Numbered from the stretch's first letter, positions 26,623 through 38,093 are shown. The stretch: 64,000 bases of DNA from Planctomycetota bacterium (GCA_008501825.1 QQUA01000010.1:14908-78907); one strand, 5' to 3'. Numbers and translations are program-made. Notes: generated from the sequence alone by a model not told the origin.

Positions 26623-28686
26623 TCAACCGGCGAAGAAGGGCAGAAGCAGCAGGCTGACCACCGACATCAATTTGATGAGGATGTTCAAGGACGGGCCGGA
26701 GGTGTCCTTGAAGGGGTCGCCGACAGTATCGCCGACCACCGCCGCCTTGTGCGGATCGGAGCCCTTGCCGCCGTGGTGGCCGCTTTCGATGTATTTCTTG
26801 GCGTTGTCCCAAGCACCACCGGCGTTGGCCATGAAGATTGCCATCATCACGCCACCGGACAGGGCGCCGGCGAGGAGGCCGCCGAGCATTTCCACCCCAC
26901 CGAATTTACCGACCAAGACCGGAGCGGCAATGGCCAGCAAACCAGGCAGAATCATTTCCCGCAAGGAACCCTTGGTGGAAATCGCCACGCAGGCGGCGTA
27001 ATCGGGCTTGCCGGTGCCTTCCAGAATGCCCGGGATCTCCCGGAACTGGCGCCGCACCTCTTCAATCATCGAGAAGGCGGCTCGGCCCACGGCCTGCATG
27101 GTCATGGCGCCGAACAGGAACGGCAGCATGCCGCCGATGAACAAACCGATGACCAAGTTCGGCTCGGTGATGTCCAAGCTGAAAGCGGTGCCGGAACCCT
27201 CGGCCAAACGGGTGGCGGTGGCTCCGTAGGCGGAGAAGAAGGCCAGGGCGGTCAGCGCCGCCGAACCGATGGCAAAACCCTTACCGATGGCGGCGGTGGT
27301 GTTGCCTACCGCGTCCAAGCTGTCGGTGCGCTTGCGGACTTCCGGCGGCAATTCAGCCATTTCCGCCACCCCACCGGCGTTGTCGGCCACCGGGCCGTAA
27401 GCGTCGACGCCCAGGGAAATCCCCAAGGTGGACAGCATGCCGACCGCGGCCAGGGCGATGCCGTAGACCCCGCCGAAGTGGTAGGCCGTAAAGATGGCGG
27501 CGCAAATCACCAGGACCGGCAAGGCGGTCGACTTCATGCCGACGCCCAAACCGCCAATGATGTTGGTGGCTTCACCGGTTTCCGACTGCTCGGCAATCGA
27601 TTGCACCGGCTTGTATTCCATCGCCGTGTAGTACTCGGTGATTTTGCCGATCACGACCCCGGCGAACAAGCCGGCGACGATGGCCCAGAACAGGTCCATG
27701 CCGGTGGTGGTCCGGTCGCCGTCGACCACGTTCTCGATGTTGTTGGTCAGGAAGAAGGCCAAGACCACCAGGACCAAGGAAGCCACGATCAAGCCGCGGA
27801 ATAGAGCGGCGTGAATCTTGGATTCGTCGTTGGTTTTGACGAAGAAAGTACCGATCACCGAAGCCAGAATGCCGGCACCGGCCAAAGTCAACGGCAGAGT
27901 CACCAAAGGAGTGGCGGCATCGCCGACTTTCAGGACCATGGCGGCGCCCAAAGCCATGGTGGCGATGATGGAACCTACATAGGACTCGAACAGGTCGGCA
28001 CCCATGCCGGCGACGTCGCCGACGTTATCGCCGACGTTATCGGCGATGGTGGCCGGGTTGCGGGGGTCGTCTTCCGGGATACCGGCTTCCACCTTGCCCA
28101 CCAGGTCGGCGCCGACGTCCGCGGCCTTGGTGTAGATCCCGCCGCCGACACGAGCGAACAAGGCGATCGAGCTGGCTCCGAAGGAGAAGCCCAGCACCGA
28201 CTGCAAATCGGTGGCGCTGGTGCCGTACCAGCTTGTAAAGGCATAGACGCCGAGGACGCCCAAACCGACCACGCACATGCCCATCACGGTTCCACTGCTA
28301 AAGGCAATGGTCAGGGCACCGGAAAGGCTGGTCTTGGCCGCTTCGGTGGTCCTCACCGCCGCCCGGGTGGCGGTGAACATTCCGATCCAACCGGCCAAGC
28401 CGGAGGCGAAGGCCCCAGCCAAGAAGGCAATGACGGTTCGGGTACCTCCACCTTGCTCGTCGCCGAGCAGGAACAGAGCTACCGATACGATCGCCACGAA
28501 ACCGAGCAACAAGGTGTACTCAGTGCGCAAGAAAGCCATCGCGCCTTCTTGCACGGCTTTGGCGATCTCCGACATCTTCTCGTCGCCGCCGGGGGCGTTC
28601 ATCACCTTCTTTTGCAATGCGAAGGCGACGACCAAACCCACCAGGCCGGCGATCCAAGGGAGATGGTTCAGAATGGTTTCCATCAA
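26623..28686 (-). CDS. hppA: Membrane-bound K+-dependent (probably Na+-translocating) pyrophosphatase
   Basis: [30 protein letters not shown] (Ala indicates the K+-dependent type), [10 protein letters not shown]. Confidence 0.95.
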   Translation of the reverse strand: MMETILNHLPWIAGLVGLVVAFALQKKVMNAPGGDEKMSEIAKAVQEGAMAFLRTEYTLLLGFVAIVSVALFLLGDEQGGGTRTVIAFLAGAFASGLAGWIGMFTATRAAVRTTEAAKTSLSGALTIAFSSGTVMGMCVVGLGVLGVYAFTSWYGTSATDLQSVLGFSFGASSIALFARVGGGIYTKAADVGADLVGKVEAGIPEDDPRNPATIADNVGDNVGDVAGMGADLFESYVGSIIATMALGAAMVLKVGDAATPLVTLPLTLAGAGILASVIGTFFVKTNDESKIHAALFRGLIVASLVLVVLAFFLTNNIENVVDGDRTTTGMDLFWAIVAGLFAGVVIGKITEYYTAMEYKPVQSIAEQSETGEATNIIGGLGVGMKSTALPVLVICAAIFTAYHFGGVYGIALAAVGMLSTLGISLGVDAYGPVADNAGGVAEMAELPPEVRKRTDSLDAVGNTTAAIGKGFAIGSAALTALAFFSAYGATATRLAEGSGTAFSLDITEPNLVIGLFIGGMLPFLFGAMTMQAVGRAAFSMIEEVRRQFREIPGILEGTGKPDYAACVAISTKGSLREMILPGLLAIAAPVLVGKFGGVEMLGGLLAGALSGGVMMAIFMANAGGAWDNAKKYIESGHHGGKGSDPHKAAVVGDTVGDPFKDTSGPSLNILIKLMSVVSLLLLPFFAG

Positions 28687-28747
28687 CTTCCGGGACCTTT
28701 TTGAAGCCCCACTTTGAGGGGGCTAGGGGGAAAAGGGACCGAGAAGT

Positions 28748-29506
28748 TTACCGGCGCGAGGCCACTCCGTCAGGTCGCCGAGGGGGAGAACCGCTTTCCA
28801 CTTCCTGCCAAACCGGATTTGCCGACTTGGACTCTGCAGTTTCAGGCACCACCGGATCCCCCGAGGGGCCGATTTGCTCGCGTTTGCGGCGTCGTCTTCG
28901 AAGGTCCAGGAAGCGCTTGCGACGACGGCGAATCCGATACAGCACGAAGGCGAATACGGCGGCGCCTCCCGTCAGAATCAAAGGAATTTGGAATTCATGA
29001 AGCAGAGCGATGGCTCGATCCAAGTTGTCGGCGAAAAAGCTCCCCAGCCACACGGAGATCGGCACGGTCAAGGCGGCTCCGATGGAATCCAACAGGGTGA
29101 AGCGCCAGTAAGGCATCCCCAAATTGCCGGCGGTGAAGTAGGCCATCATTCGAAATCCCGGAATGAAGCGGGCCAGGAACACCACCAAGTTGCCGTGCCG
29201 GGCAAAGGCTCGGGCGAAACGAGCTTGGTGCCGGGGCTTCATGTGCCGGCGCAGGACCGGCCAGCGATACACGCTTTCCCCGGCCCACTTCCCCAATACA
29301 TAGATGATGGAATCCCCGGCCAAGATGCCGCCGTAGCACCAGCCGATGGCTTCCCAATAGCCGAGTTCCCCTTGGGCCACGAAAAAGCCGCTGCCGAGAA
29401 TGACGATCTCCTCGGACCACGGCGGCAGCCCTAAACCACAGGCCAACAGCAAGCCGAAAGCCCAGGGCCCCGGATAGCTGGCGAGGATTTCCAAGAGGAA
29501 GTCCAC
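28748..29506 (-). CDS. DedA family membrane protein
   Basis: GLGLPP.SEE, GDS..Y..G, ARFIPG.R. Confidence 0.9.
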   Translation of the reverse strand: MDFLLEILASYPGPWAFGLLLACGLGLPPWSEEIVILGSGFFVAQGELGYWEAIGWCYGGILAGDSIIYVLGKWAGESVYRWPVLRRHMKPRHQARFARAFARHGNLVVFLARFIPGFRMMAYFTAGNLGMPYWRFTLLDSIGAALTVPISVWLGSFFADNLDRAIALLHEFQIPLILTGGAAVFAFVLYRIRRRRKRFLDLRRRRRKREQIGPSGDPVVPETAESKSANPVWQEVESGSPPRRPDGVASRR

Positions 29507-29540
29507 GGCCAGATTCTAGGGCGAAGCCGGCGGCGGCGCC

Positions 29541-30128
29541 TTAGTCGGAACCAAGTTGCTGGGCCAGGATGGCCAAGCGCCGGTCCAGTTCCCGGAGCTT
29601 TTCCGGTTCCGGCAAGGCGAGGAATTCCAAATAACGCTCCGGACCGCCCTCCGGCGCCGAGGGACCGCCGCCGGCGATGAATAACTGCACCAAACTGTGG
29701 TGAGCCAGCCGCCGGGCGAACTCCTGGGCCTCCGGATGACCTTCCAAACGATCCAGGCTGCGAGCCAAGGCGGTGGCTCGAAGCAGGTGCCAGCCGTAGG
29801 GCTCTGCCGCTTGCCGGGGGCCTTCCTGAACCAAATCCAAGGTGATTTGGGCTCGTTGAAGCGGGGCGGAAGCCGGTGGCGGCGGCTCAACCCCCAAGCG
29901 ATGGACCGCGAAGCGCACGCTGTCGTGGGCCGGATCCAGGGCCTGCAGGCGCCGGGCTTCCCGCAACAAGGCGAGGGGTTCGCTGCGGAAATTGGCGCTT
30001 TCGAAGCGGCGTTCCAGCCACCACCGGCGACAAGCCCGCCAACCATCCGCCAGGGGCCAATCCAGTTTTCCGGACCACATGGAAATGGCCAGGGCGGCGG
30101 GCAGGAGGAGGCAGAGCCAGGCTTTCAT
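29541..30128 (-). CDS. Hypothetical protein
   Basis: MKAWLCLLL start overlaps the upstream stop (ATGA). Confidence 0.55.
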   Translation of the reverse strand: MKAWLCLLLPAALAISMWSGKLDWPLADGWRACRRWWLERRFESANFRSEPLALLREARRLQALDPAHDSVRFAVHRLGVEPPPPASAPLQRAQITLDLVQEGPRQAAEPYGWHLLRATALARSLDRLEGHPEAQEFARRLAHHSLVQLFIAGGGPSAPEGGPERYLEFLALPEPEKLRELDRRLAILAQQLGSD

Positions 30129-31243
30129 GGGGCCTGCCGCCAGGGTCGGACCGACAAAACCAGGGCCAGTAGCCCGGAAGCCAACCAGGCCAGGAGCTGG
30201 AGCGGGTCGAACCGCGCCCAAACCAGGTGGAAATCCGGTCCGGTGGCCAGTAGGCCGTCGATTCGAGGCAGGGCGGCTTTCAGCTTCAACAAGATTTGGG
30301 CCACCCAGGCCACCGGCGAATCGGGAAGCCAAACCTCAGGCCCCGGGCGCCAAGCCGCCAGGGAGGTGAGGGCCAAGGCGAGCAGAAAAGCAAAACCGGC
30401 TCGAACCTGGAGGTGCCGACTCAGGAGTTGGGCGAAAGCAAAGGCCGGCAGGAAAAACAGCCATTGCCCGAGGAGCAACCAGGGCAAGGAGTCTCGTCCC
30501 AACCGTGGAACCCGGAACCGGGCATAAGGACTTTGCAATTGAGGAGCTGTGGTGCCTTCCCCAACTCCATGGGGTCGCCACTGCAACTGCAACCTCCCGC
30601 TGGCGCTGGCCTTCTCGCCCATGGGCCAGGAAAGCAAGCGGCCTGGGGCTACCGCTTCTTGGCGGCCATCCTGGTCCTGGAACAGGCCGAGGGTGGCACC
30701 TTCTTGGTCGGGCGGGGTCGGCCAATGGAAAGGCAACAAAGCCAATCCTCCCGGCGGAAGGGGCTGGCCGGCGTCCAATTCCCATTCTTGAACTTGGGGT
30801 AGTTGAACTTGCGGAAAGCCTTCCGCCGGCACTTCCTCGGTGGAAAATCGACTGTGAACGGCGGCAAAGCGATGGGAACTCATCGCTTCCGGCTCCGGTT
30901 GGAATCCTGGAGCCCACGGCGGGATGAGGGCGACCAATAAAAGAGCCAGCCACCACAGGGAGGGGCCCAGCCATTCGGCCAATGGCAACCGCCAACCGCG
31001 CCGGTCGCGCAATCGATCTTCCATCGGCCAACCCTGTTGGCGGCGGCGGTAGACCAGATCGGCGCTTCGATACAGCAGAAACACGCCCAGCCAACTAACC
31101 AAGGCGAGGTAATCCCCGAGTTGACCGGTGCCCAACTCGGCTTCGGCGCCTAAACGAGCGGCGAGCAACAGCCAAAGCACCGCTCCAGCCAGGGCCCAAT
31201 GGCCGAATACATCTCGGCAGGCTTGTTGAACCAGGAGCTTCAT
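30125..31243 (-). CDS. Membrane protein, probable ABC permease partner
   Basis: Multiple TM segments; coupled (ATGA) to the ABC ATPase. Confidence 0.6.
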   Translation of the reverse strand: MKLLVQQACRDVFGHWALAGAVLWLLLAARLGAEAELGTGQLGDYLALVSWLGVFLLYRSADLVYRRRQQGWPMEDRLRDRRGWRLPLAEWLGPSLWWLALLLVALIPPWAPGFQPEPEAMSSHRFAAVHSRFSTEEVPAEGFPQVQLPQVQEWELDAGQPLPPGGLALLPFHWPTPPDQEGATLGLFQDQDGRQEAVAPGRLLSWPMGEKASASGRLQLQWRPHGVGEGTTAPQLQSPYARFRVPRLGRDSLPWLLLGQWLFFLPAFAFAQLLSRHLQVRAGFAFLLALALTSLAAWRPGPEVWLPDSPVAWVAQILLKLKAALPRIDGLLATGPDFHLVWARFDPLQLLAWLASGLLALVLSVRPWRQAP

Positions 31244-31842
31244 GCCGTGGCCGGGCGGAGGCTGAGGCGGGTTTGCACCAGGGTTTCGCAACCGGTGCCG
31301 GGAGGCGCCAGCACCAGGCAGGCTTGCCGGCCCTGATCGAGGATTTCAGTCAATCGATTCATGCCCTCCCGATCGAGGGCGGTTTGGGGCTCGTCCAACA
31401 CCACCAGCGGTGGGTCGCCTAACCAGGCCCGAGCCAAGTTCAAACGCTGCTTCCAGCCGCGGGAAAGGGTTCGAATTCGGTGGCGGGTGGCGTCCTGCAG
31501 TTGAAACAAGGCGATCGCTTGTTGAGCTTGTCGCAGACATTCCCGGCTGGGTTGGGCGCATAGAGCGGCGAGTTGACTCAGGTAATCCTGGACCTTGAGA
31601 TGCTCGGGAAATCGGGGTTCTTGCGGGACGTAACCCAAGTGCTCCGGTCGCCGCAGGCTTCCCCGGGCCGGTCGCCGCAAGCCGCAGACGATTTGCGCCA
31701 GGGTGGTTTTGCCTAAACCGTTGGGTCCTTCCAGGAGGCACCGCTCCCCCGGCAATAGCCGTAGATCGAGAGGCGCAAAAAGCGAGCGACGCCGGCGGCG
31801 CGCCTCGATGCCGCGAAGATGGAGTAGCGGAGCGTTGTCCAT
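31240..31842 (-). CDS. ABC transporter ATP-binding protein
   Basis: GPNGLGKTT, LSRGWKQR, VVLDEP. Confidence 0.9.
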   Translation of the reverse strand: MDNAPLLHLRGIEARRRRRSLFAPLDLRLLPGERCLLEGPNGLGKTTLAQIVCGLRRPARGSLRRPEHLGYVPQEPRFPEHLKVQDYLSQLAALCAQPSRECLRQAQQAIALFQLQDATRHRIRTLSRGWKQRLNLARAWLGDPPLVVLDEPQTALDREGMNRLTEILDQGRQACLVLAPPGTGCETLVQTRLSLRPATA

Positions 31843-31869
31843 GGCCTATGTAGAGCCGACAATACCCGG

Positions 31870-32154
31870 ATGCTACGACCTCGCCGCGCATTTTCGCAGC
31901 CGCAAGTGTTGCGCTTGTACTCGCGGCCGGGTTGTTGCCTTTGCGACCAAGTTCAGGAAGCCCTGGCTCCTTGGTTGCAGAGCGGCAAGCTGAGCTTGAA
32001 AGTGGTGAACATCGAGGATGACCCCGAGTTGGAAAGCCGATTCGGTCAAGTGATTCCGGTGTTGGAAGATCCAGAAGGTCGGGTTTTGGCGAAAGGCAAG
32101 TTTCGGGTGGAGGAAGCCATGGCACGATGGCAACGACGGAGGAAGGCAAGGTGA
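31870..32154 (+). CDS. Glutaredoxin-like protein (DUF836-type)
   Basis: LYSRPGCCLCD…VNIEDDPEL…IPVL. Confidence 0.8.
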   Translation: MLRPRRAFSQPQVLRLYSRPGCCLCDQVQEALAPWLQSGKLSLKVVNIEDDPELESRFGQVIPVLEDPEGRVLAKGKFRVEEAMARWQRRRKAR

Positions 32155-32684
32155 AGTTGATTCGGCGCGACGACGGCAGCGAACATGCACTTGAGGAAGG
32201 CATGGTTTTCGGCCGCAGCCCCCAGTGCCAAGCCACCGTGTCCGATTCCAGTATTTCCCGGCGGCACGCTCAAGTGGAGCTGCGCGATGGCCAGTGGTGG
32301 ATGGTCGACTTGGGGTCTTCCAATGGTTCCGCTCGCAATGGTCGGAAGGAGAATGCTTTTCCCCTTCAACCCGGAGATTTGGTGACCTTAGGGGCGGTGG
32401 CTTTCGACGTTCAAGGCAAAGCCCCGGCGGCGACTGCGCCGTTGGCCGATTCAGATCCGATAGAGGTTGCGCCCGAGCCGCCCAAGCCGGTTGCCGACGT
32501 CGCCGAAAAAGAGCGCGCTCGAATTCGAGCGGAGTTGCGTAACCAAAAGCGCTCTGCAGGCTTAGGCGATTTGGATCAGCTTTCCTTCAGCATGAAACTG
32601 GGAGTTTTCGCGGTTGCGGTTTTGGTGCTCATTGGGGTTTATTACGGCGTGCAATTCTTGGGCAATATGATTTCCCCGCCTTAG
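32127..32684 (+). CDS. FHA-domain protein with C-terminal TM helix
   Basis: FGR, ISRRHA, DLGSSNG, L.PGD. Confidence 0.9.
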   Translation: MATTEEGKVKLIRRDDGSEHALEEGMVFGRSPQCQATVSDSSISRRHAQVELRDGQWWMVDLGSSNGSARNGRKENAFPLQPGDLVTLGAVAFDVQGKAPAATAPLADSDPIEVAPEPPKPVADVAEKERARIRAELRNQKRSAGLGDLDQLSFSMKLGVFAVAVLVLIGVYYGVQFLGNMISPP

Positions 32685-32802
32685 ATCGGTACCGAATCGA
32701 AACGACCACCCGATTCATTTTCGTCTCCGGTTTAGGATCGGAAGACGTTGGTTCGGGCATACCCCCTCCATTCCCCCCAAGAACCGAAGCCATTCAGATC
32801 CA

Positions 32803-35604
32803 TTGCCGATGGTAGAGCTGCATTTTTGTGAACGTTGCGGGAGAGCCATTCCCGATGCCGAAGTCGAAGGTAGTTTGGTGCTTGCCGAAGAAGGGCGAGT
32901 TTGCGGTCTTTGCCTGGACGAGGAGGAGACGGCGGCGGGAGGAGCTTCCGCGATCAAAGCGGTTTTGCCCTGGCTGTTCATGGTGGCGGTTCTTGCCGGC
33001 GCCGCCTATTTCTTGATGCCCGGCATGTTCGGCTCCAAGGAAGAAGGCAGTGTTGAGGAGGAACAAGTTTCCGTTGCCGGAAAAGAACTTGTCGAAGTCG
33101 AAGATAATTCACCGGCAATGGATTCCCCAACCTTTCCACTCAGCTCTCCTTCAGAGAAAGAGTCGGAAGTCAACGGCGAGGGTGAATTGGAAACCCATCC
33201 GGAACCTATGCCGCCGGCTCAAGCCGAATCTTCCGTTGCGAAAGTGCCTGCAAATCCTCCTCCTCCGGCGGAAGAGTTGGATGAAAAAATTCCGGAAGCT
33301 TTTCCCGCCATCGGTGGCGGACGAGCGGATGCGACTTTTAATTACCTGAAACAAATGCGGGATGAGTATCAACCCGTTTTCGACAAGTGGAATCAACGCC
33401 GGCCGAAATCTTATAACTCGGCAGAGGAATTCGGCGACTACGAGAAAGTTTTCAGTCATTGCTTGAAGATGGATTTGGCCAGAGTGGATCCATCGCTGGT
33501 GGATATAAATCGCCGATTGTGGCGCTTAAGTCGTGATGCCAAACAACACGTGACCAATCAGACGCGGGAACTGAATGAAGCCGGCTTGAAAGAAAGAATC
33601 GCCCGCCAGGAAGCCTTCCAGGAAAATGGAATGGCCCCGCCGGTTGCCAATGTGGGAGCCTTTTTGTTCGATATAAGGTTGACCGGAAATTACGACCAGG
33701 CGTTGGAGAGAAACTACCGGCGATGGCAAGCTTTGTTCCAGCGTCAGGATCAGTTGGAGAAACGCTGGCGCGAAATTGAATTGGCTTTGCCGGAAAAATA
33801 TCCCGGGATGGCGAAGGAGCTGAGGGACTTGTTGGGAGAAGTCATTTATCGTCCGGAGCAGCCAGGTTTATTCGATTATGAACTTCAAATTTCAGGCGTT
33901 CCGGATCCCGTCAAGAGTGCCGCCGCCGCCCGCACGGCATTGGAAGCCGGGCGGCCGGTCATCAGCTACATGTCGGATTGGGCTCATTTGATCTCCGGTT
34001 TGAAAGAGTCGGGAAGCCGGTTGTTTCGTTATCAAGCTTCCGAATTCTTGCAACTGGACCTGGATGGCGTGCATCCCGCCATCGTGGAAACGATTTGGCG
34101 GGAACTGGAATTATTGGAATTCAAGGACGCCTGGCTTCGGGTCGAGCACGCCGAAGATCACATTTTCGAGCAGGACGGGTTGGATCTGCGCCGCCGTTCC
34201 CTGGTAGTGGATGATCGCGGGCGTTCCTTGAGCGAGCGCGAGGCGATTCGGCGGATTCAAGAATCCCGGCAGCAAATTTTAGATGGATGGGTGGAAGCCG
34301 CTTCTTGGGTGATCAGCGAGCTTCCCGGTGAAAAAGCTGACCTTGAAAAGCTGATTTCCGAGCGATTCGAGTTAGCCGTGGAGCTGCAACCCAAGGCTGA
34401 ACTGGATCGCAAGATTCCCATCTCCTTTCGTTCCACTTCGAAGGGAATTCCCGCCACTCCTTTCGTGGTGGAAACCAGCGGTGAGTTGCAAGGGAGACAA
34501 TGGGTTGGCCAATATGTTTCCCTGGAAGCGGAATGGATCGCCGATCCCCAGGAACGCCCGGACAAGGGTTTCGGAAGTGATGCTTTCGTGGTCGGCGATA
34601 CGTTGTTCGTCAGTGTTCCCAATCATTCCAAACCGAAAATGGTGCGCGGTGGCGTCTTGCAATTCCGTCGCCGCAACGGCCGCTGGCAAGTCGAGAACTT
34701 GATCATGGCCCCGAATGCAAGTTCGGGTAGTCACTTCGGCGATCAATTAGATTTGCAGGACGGGCTTTTGTTCTTGGGCGGAGGAAGTTCAACCTTGAAC
34801 ATCCATCGCCAAGAAGACGGAAGGTGGCCCTTTCATCAAAAGTTGGCTTGTCCCGATGACAAAAGATTCGGCTACGGCCCTTTAGAGGTTAGCGGCTCCT
34901 GGCTGGCGGTGGCCGCGGTGATGAACGATCCGCATTCGGTTTACTTGTTTCAGCAGACCTCTTCTGGAAATTGGGAAGTCCACCAGGAATTCAAACCGGA
35001 CAGTAATCACTGGACCACCACGTTTGCCAAATCACTCAGCCTCGATGGGGATTGGCTGGCCATCGGGGCGCCCGGTGGGCAAATCGATAAGAAACCCACG
35101 GAAGCGGTTTATCTGTTCCAACACAACCGGGGTAAGTGGAGCAAGAAATCCGTACTGAAGAAAACTCTCGGAAGAAAGGAGAGAAACCGTTTTGGCCACG
35201 CCGTTTCCCTGGACGGGGACTGGTTGATGGTGGGTTGTCCGAGTGGAAAGCAAACTTTTTCTTCCGAGGGTTTCGTGGAGGTGTACCAAAGATCCGGGAA
35301 TTCCTGGCGCCGGAGACAGGTGCTCACCGCGAAGATTCCCCGCGTTGGAAATGATTTCGGCTACACCGTTTCGGTGGAAAACGGCCACGCTCTGATCGGA
35401 ACTTATAGAGGTGGGGTGTACCAATTCGCTTTGAAGGATGGAAAATGGCACGAGGTTCGGAAAATCGTGCCCCATCCTGGCATCGGCCCCCAAATAGGTT
35501 TCGGCGCCACCCGCATCTGCAATGGCTACGCGATCTTAGGCACTATCCCCGATTGGCGACGCCCGGATCCCGCTCGAGTTCTAGGATTTCTGCGACTCGA
35601 ATAG
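32803..35604 (+). CDS. Membrane-anchored protein: N-terminal Zn finger, helical region, C-terminal FG-GAP-like propeller
   Basis: CERC…CGLC, TM helix, repeated FG..V.L.GD.L.VG units. Confidence 0.8.
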   Translation: MPMVELHFCERCGRAIPDAEVEGSLVLAEEGRVCGLCLDEEETAAGGASAIKAVLPWLFMVAVLAGAAYFLMPGMFGSKEEGSVEEEQVSVAGKELVEVEDNSPAMDSPTFPLSSPSEKESEVNGEGELETHPEPMPPAQAESSVAKVPANPPPPAEELDEKIPEAFPAIGGGRADATFNYLKQMRDEYQPVFDKWNQRRPKSYNSAEEFGDYEKVFSHCLKMDLARVDPSLVDINRRLWRLSRDAKQHVTNQTRELNEAGLKERIARQEAFQENGMAPPVANVGAFLFDIRLTGNYDQALERNYRRWQALFQRQDQLEKRWREIELALPEKYPGMAKELRDLLGEVIYRPEQPGLFDYELQISGVPDPVKSAAAARTALEAGRPVISYMSDWAHLISGLKESGSRLFRYQASEFLQLDLDGVHPAIVETIWRELELLEFKDAWLRVEHAEDHIFEQDGLDLRRRSLVVDDRGRSLSEREAIRRIQESRQQILDGWVEAASWVISELPGEKADLEKLISERFELAVELQPKAELDRKIPISFRSTSKGIPATPFVVETSGELQGRQWVGQYVSLEAEWIADPQERPDKGFGSDAFVVGDTLFVSVPNHSKPKMVRGGVLQFRRRNGRWQVENLIMAPNASSGSHFGDQLDLQDGLLFLGGGSSTLNIHRQEDGRWPFHQKLACPDDKRFGYGPLEVSGSWLAVAAVMNDPHSVYLFQQTSSGNWEVHQEFKPDSNHWTTTFAKSLSLDGDWLAIGAPGGQIDKKPTEAVYLFQHNRGKWSKKSVLKKTLGRKERNRFGHAVSLDGDWLMVGCPSGKQTFSSEGFVEVYQRSGNSWRRRQVLTAKIPRVGNDFGYTVSVENGHALIGTYRGGVYQFALKDGKWHEVRKIVPHPGIGPQIGFGATRICNGYAILGTIPDWRRPDPARVLGFLRLE

Positions 35605-35737
35605 CCCGCTCAACGCCTTGGTATCCCCTCTTCGGCAATCCCAGGACTGAAATTCTGTCATTGGCAAACAACTTGGTATAAGGGATAGAGCCGCAGAATT
35701 TCCCTTGCCGGCTTCCCTGAAAAATTGAGGGTTCATC

Positions 35738-37411
35738 ATGACCACCGGATGGAAAACTACCGCGCTATCCGTTTCCTGCTTGTTGGCTTTGGCAGACTTT
35801 ACTCCGGCTCAGATCGGCGGAGACTGGAATAAGGTTATCGAGGTTTACGCGGACCCTCTGACCAGTGAGCTTTTCGCCACCCGGGTAGCGATAGCCGGAG
35901 ATACCAACGGTGACGGGGTTTCCGATTTCCTGATTTCCGACTACTACTCCGACGTGAGTTTTTACGACTCAGGTTCAATCTTCCTCTATTCCGGTCTTGA
36001 CGGCAGCCAGTTGTTTGAGGCTCATGGTGCAGGCGAGTGCTTCGAATTCGGGCGAGGAATTGCCGGCGCCGGTGATCTTGACCTGGACGGTCTCAACGAT
36101 TTCCTGATCGGGGAGCCGGGGGACTACAGCAGTAATGGCACCGTATATATCTATTCGGGCAACGGGTCAGTCCTGCACGCTCTTACGGGGCCCAGTACCC
36201 AAACCAATTTTGGAGAAGTGCTGATCAGTTTGGATGATCTGAATGGCGACGGTCGGAGAGATTTCATCGTTGCGGCGCCGGATTCGTCCACCAGCGGCTT
36301 GATCTACAACGGGGAAGTCTTCGTCTATTCCGGAGTAGCTCCCTACCCTCTTCTCTATTCATTGGAAGGCTCTCTGGATGATTCAAGTTTCGGGCACAGT
36401 CTCGGGGCGTTGGGAGACGTGGATTTCGATGGCAGAGCAGACTTCGTGGTTGGAGAGCCGGTTTGGGCCAATGGAATTGGTTATGTCCATGTGATCTCCG
36501 GAGCCACTGGAAACGTCATTCGCTCGCATCAGGGAACGACCGCCGACCAAACCCAGTACATAGGAACGGTCGTTTCTGGAGTCGGAGACGTGAACGGTGA
36601 CGGCGTGGACGATTATGTGGCCAGCGCCGGTTATGGCGGCGGCGACTACGGAGGCGGATTCGTGCAATGTTATTCCGGGCTAGACGGCGCCCTGTTGTGG
36701 GAATTCCATGGGGTTTCCCTTTGGCAGGGTTTCGGCGCTTCCCTGGCCGCCGGTGGCGACACCGATGGAAATGGGACGAAGGAAGTTCTGGTCGGATCAC
36801 CCTGGCAAGATCTATACCCCGGCTCAGGGCAAGGGGCGATTTACGTATTGGAAGGAGCGAACGGCCAGATTCATTCCACCGCCACGGTGCCCACCGGGCG
36901 AGCCGGAGTTGGAATCGCGGTTGCCGGCAACTTTGATTTGGACGGAGACGGTAAATCGGAAATCCTGGCAGGAGCTGAATGGGCTTTTCAGGGTGCTGCA
37001 TTCGTTTTTTCGGACGTCACACCGTATTTGGCTGGCACCGGTTCCACTCTGTCCGCCGGAAGTGGCGGGTCCGTGATTTACAATTTGGATTTCCCAAGCA
37101 ATGCGGCGTTTTATTACTACAAGATCTTGATTTCTACCACCGGTACCGGGCCGTCTTTCATCGGAGACCTGCCGCTACCTCTTACCTATGACTACCAATT
37201 GGTGCAAAGCTATCTGGGGAATTACCCGTCCGTCACCCAAAACTTCACTGGAGTGCTGGATCAAAGTGGAAATGCGATTGCGACTTTAAACGCTTCCAGC
37301 TTACCGGGGGCAACCATCGGCCAAATCTACTACCTGGCTGCCATCGCCGGCCCGGTGTGGGGGCCTTGGACTCACACCAGCAACGCTCTATCTCTCGAAA
37401 TTGTGCCCTAA
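35738..37411 (+). CDS. Secreted FG-GAP / integrin-alpha repeat protein
   Basis: Signal peptide; about seven GD.NGDG..D…G.P repeats. Confidence 0.9.
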   Translation: MTTGWKTTALSVSCLLALADFTPAQIGGDWNKVIEVYADPLTSELFATRVAIAGDTNGDGVSDFLISDYYSDVSFYDSGSIFLYSGLDGSQLFEAHGAGECFEFGRGIAGAGDLDLDGLNDFLIGEPGDYSSNGTVYIYSGNGSVLHALTGPSTQTNFGEVLISLDDLNGDGRRDFIVAAPDSSTSGLIYNGEVFVYSGVAPYPLLYSLEGSLDDSSFGHSLGALGDVDFDGRADFVVGEPVWANGIGYVHVISGATGNVIRSHQGTTADQTQYIGTVVSGVGDVNGDGVDDYVASAGYGGGDYGGGFVQCYSGLDGALLWEFHGVSLWQGFGASLAAGGDTDGNGTKEVLVGSPWQDLYPGSGQGAIYVLEGANGQIHSTATVPTGRAGVGIAVAGNFDLDGDGKSEILAGAEWAFQGAAFVFSDVTPYLAGTGSTLSAGSGGSVIYNLDFPSNAAFYYYKILISTTGTGPSFIGDLPLPLTYDYQLVQSYLGNYPSVTQNFTGVLDQSGNAIATLNASSLPGATIGQIYYLAAIAGPVWGPWTHTSNALSLEIVP

Positions 37412-37496
37412 ACCTTTCGGAGTTCAGGCGCGGGATTTAAGCCGGAAATTGTAGACATCCAAGTACCGGACACCGGGCATGCCCGATGACCGTTTG

Positions 37497-38093
37497 TCAT
37501 CCTGCGTGTAGACGTTTGCGGGCGATCGCCAACATCTTCAATTCCGCCGGAGTCATGTCGTCGGGATACTCGAGTTCCTCGAGCAGCTTGACTACAGCTA
37601 TGTAGTTTTTGATTCGAAAGGCCTCTCGTGCCTTGGAACGCCTCCTCGTATCGCCAACAGATTGGATCAGGAGCTGGCGTTGCCGAATCCGGTTTTCATT
37701 TTCTTCTGCTGCAGCCGCTTGAGCGAGAACCTTGCCATTTCCAGCCAGAAAGTCGGCCACGATCAGGTATAGGTCACAAGCCAGATTTCGGAATGCCGCC
37801 ATCGGATCGTCTTCAGGGAAACCAGGAAATTGACTGTCGCCTTCGATTCCCAGCGCAGTCACATAGGCTGTATGCGAAGTACTTTGGTTGCCAATGCAGT
37901 AACGAACCAAACCGAGGCTCCATCGATAGTGCAATTTGATCTTGCGATGGCCGCAAGATAGCTCCGCCTGGCAATATTTCCCACCCGACGAAGGACCTGT
38001 CCTTACAATGCGAAAAGAGAAACCTTCAGGTCCGAGCACCTGCATAAGGATTTTCGCCCCTTCCCGCATCCTTTTCTCCGGGTCGTGCGGCAT
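37497..38093 (-). CDS. Hypothetical protein
   Basis: 198-aa ATG ORF filling the gap. Confidence 0.65.
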   Translation of the reverse strand: MPHDPEKRMREGAKILMQVLGPEGFSFRIVRTGPSSGGKYCQAELSCGHRKIKLHYRWSLGLVRYCIGNQSTSHTAYVTALGIEGDSQFPGFPEDDPMAAFRNLACDLYLIVADFLAGNGKVLAQAAAAEENENRIRQRQLLIQSVGDTRRRSKAREAFRIKNYIAVVKLLEELEYPDDMTPAELKMLAIARKRLHAG

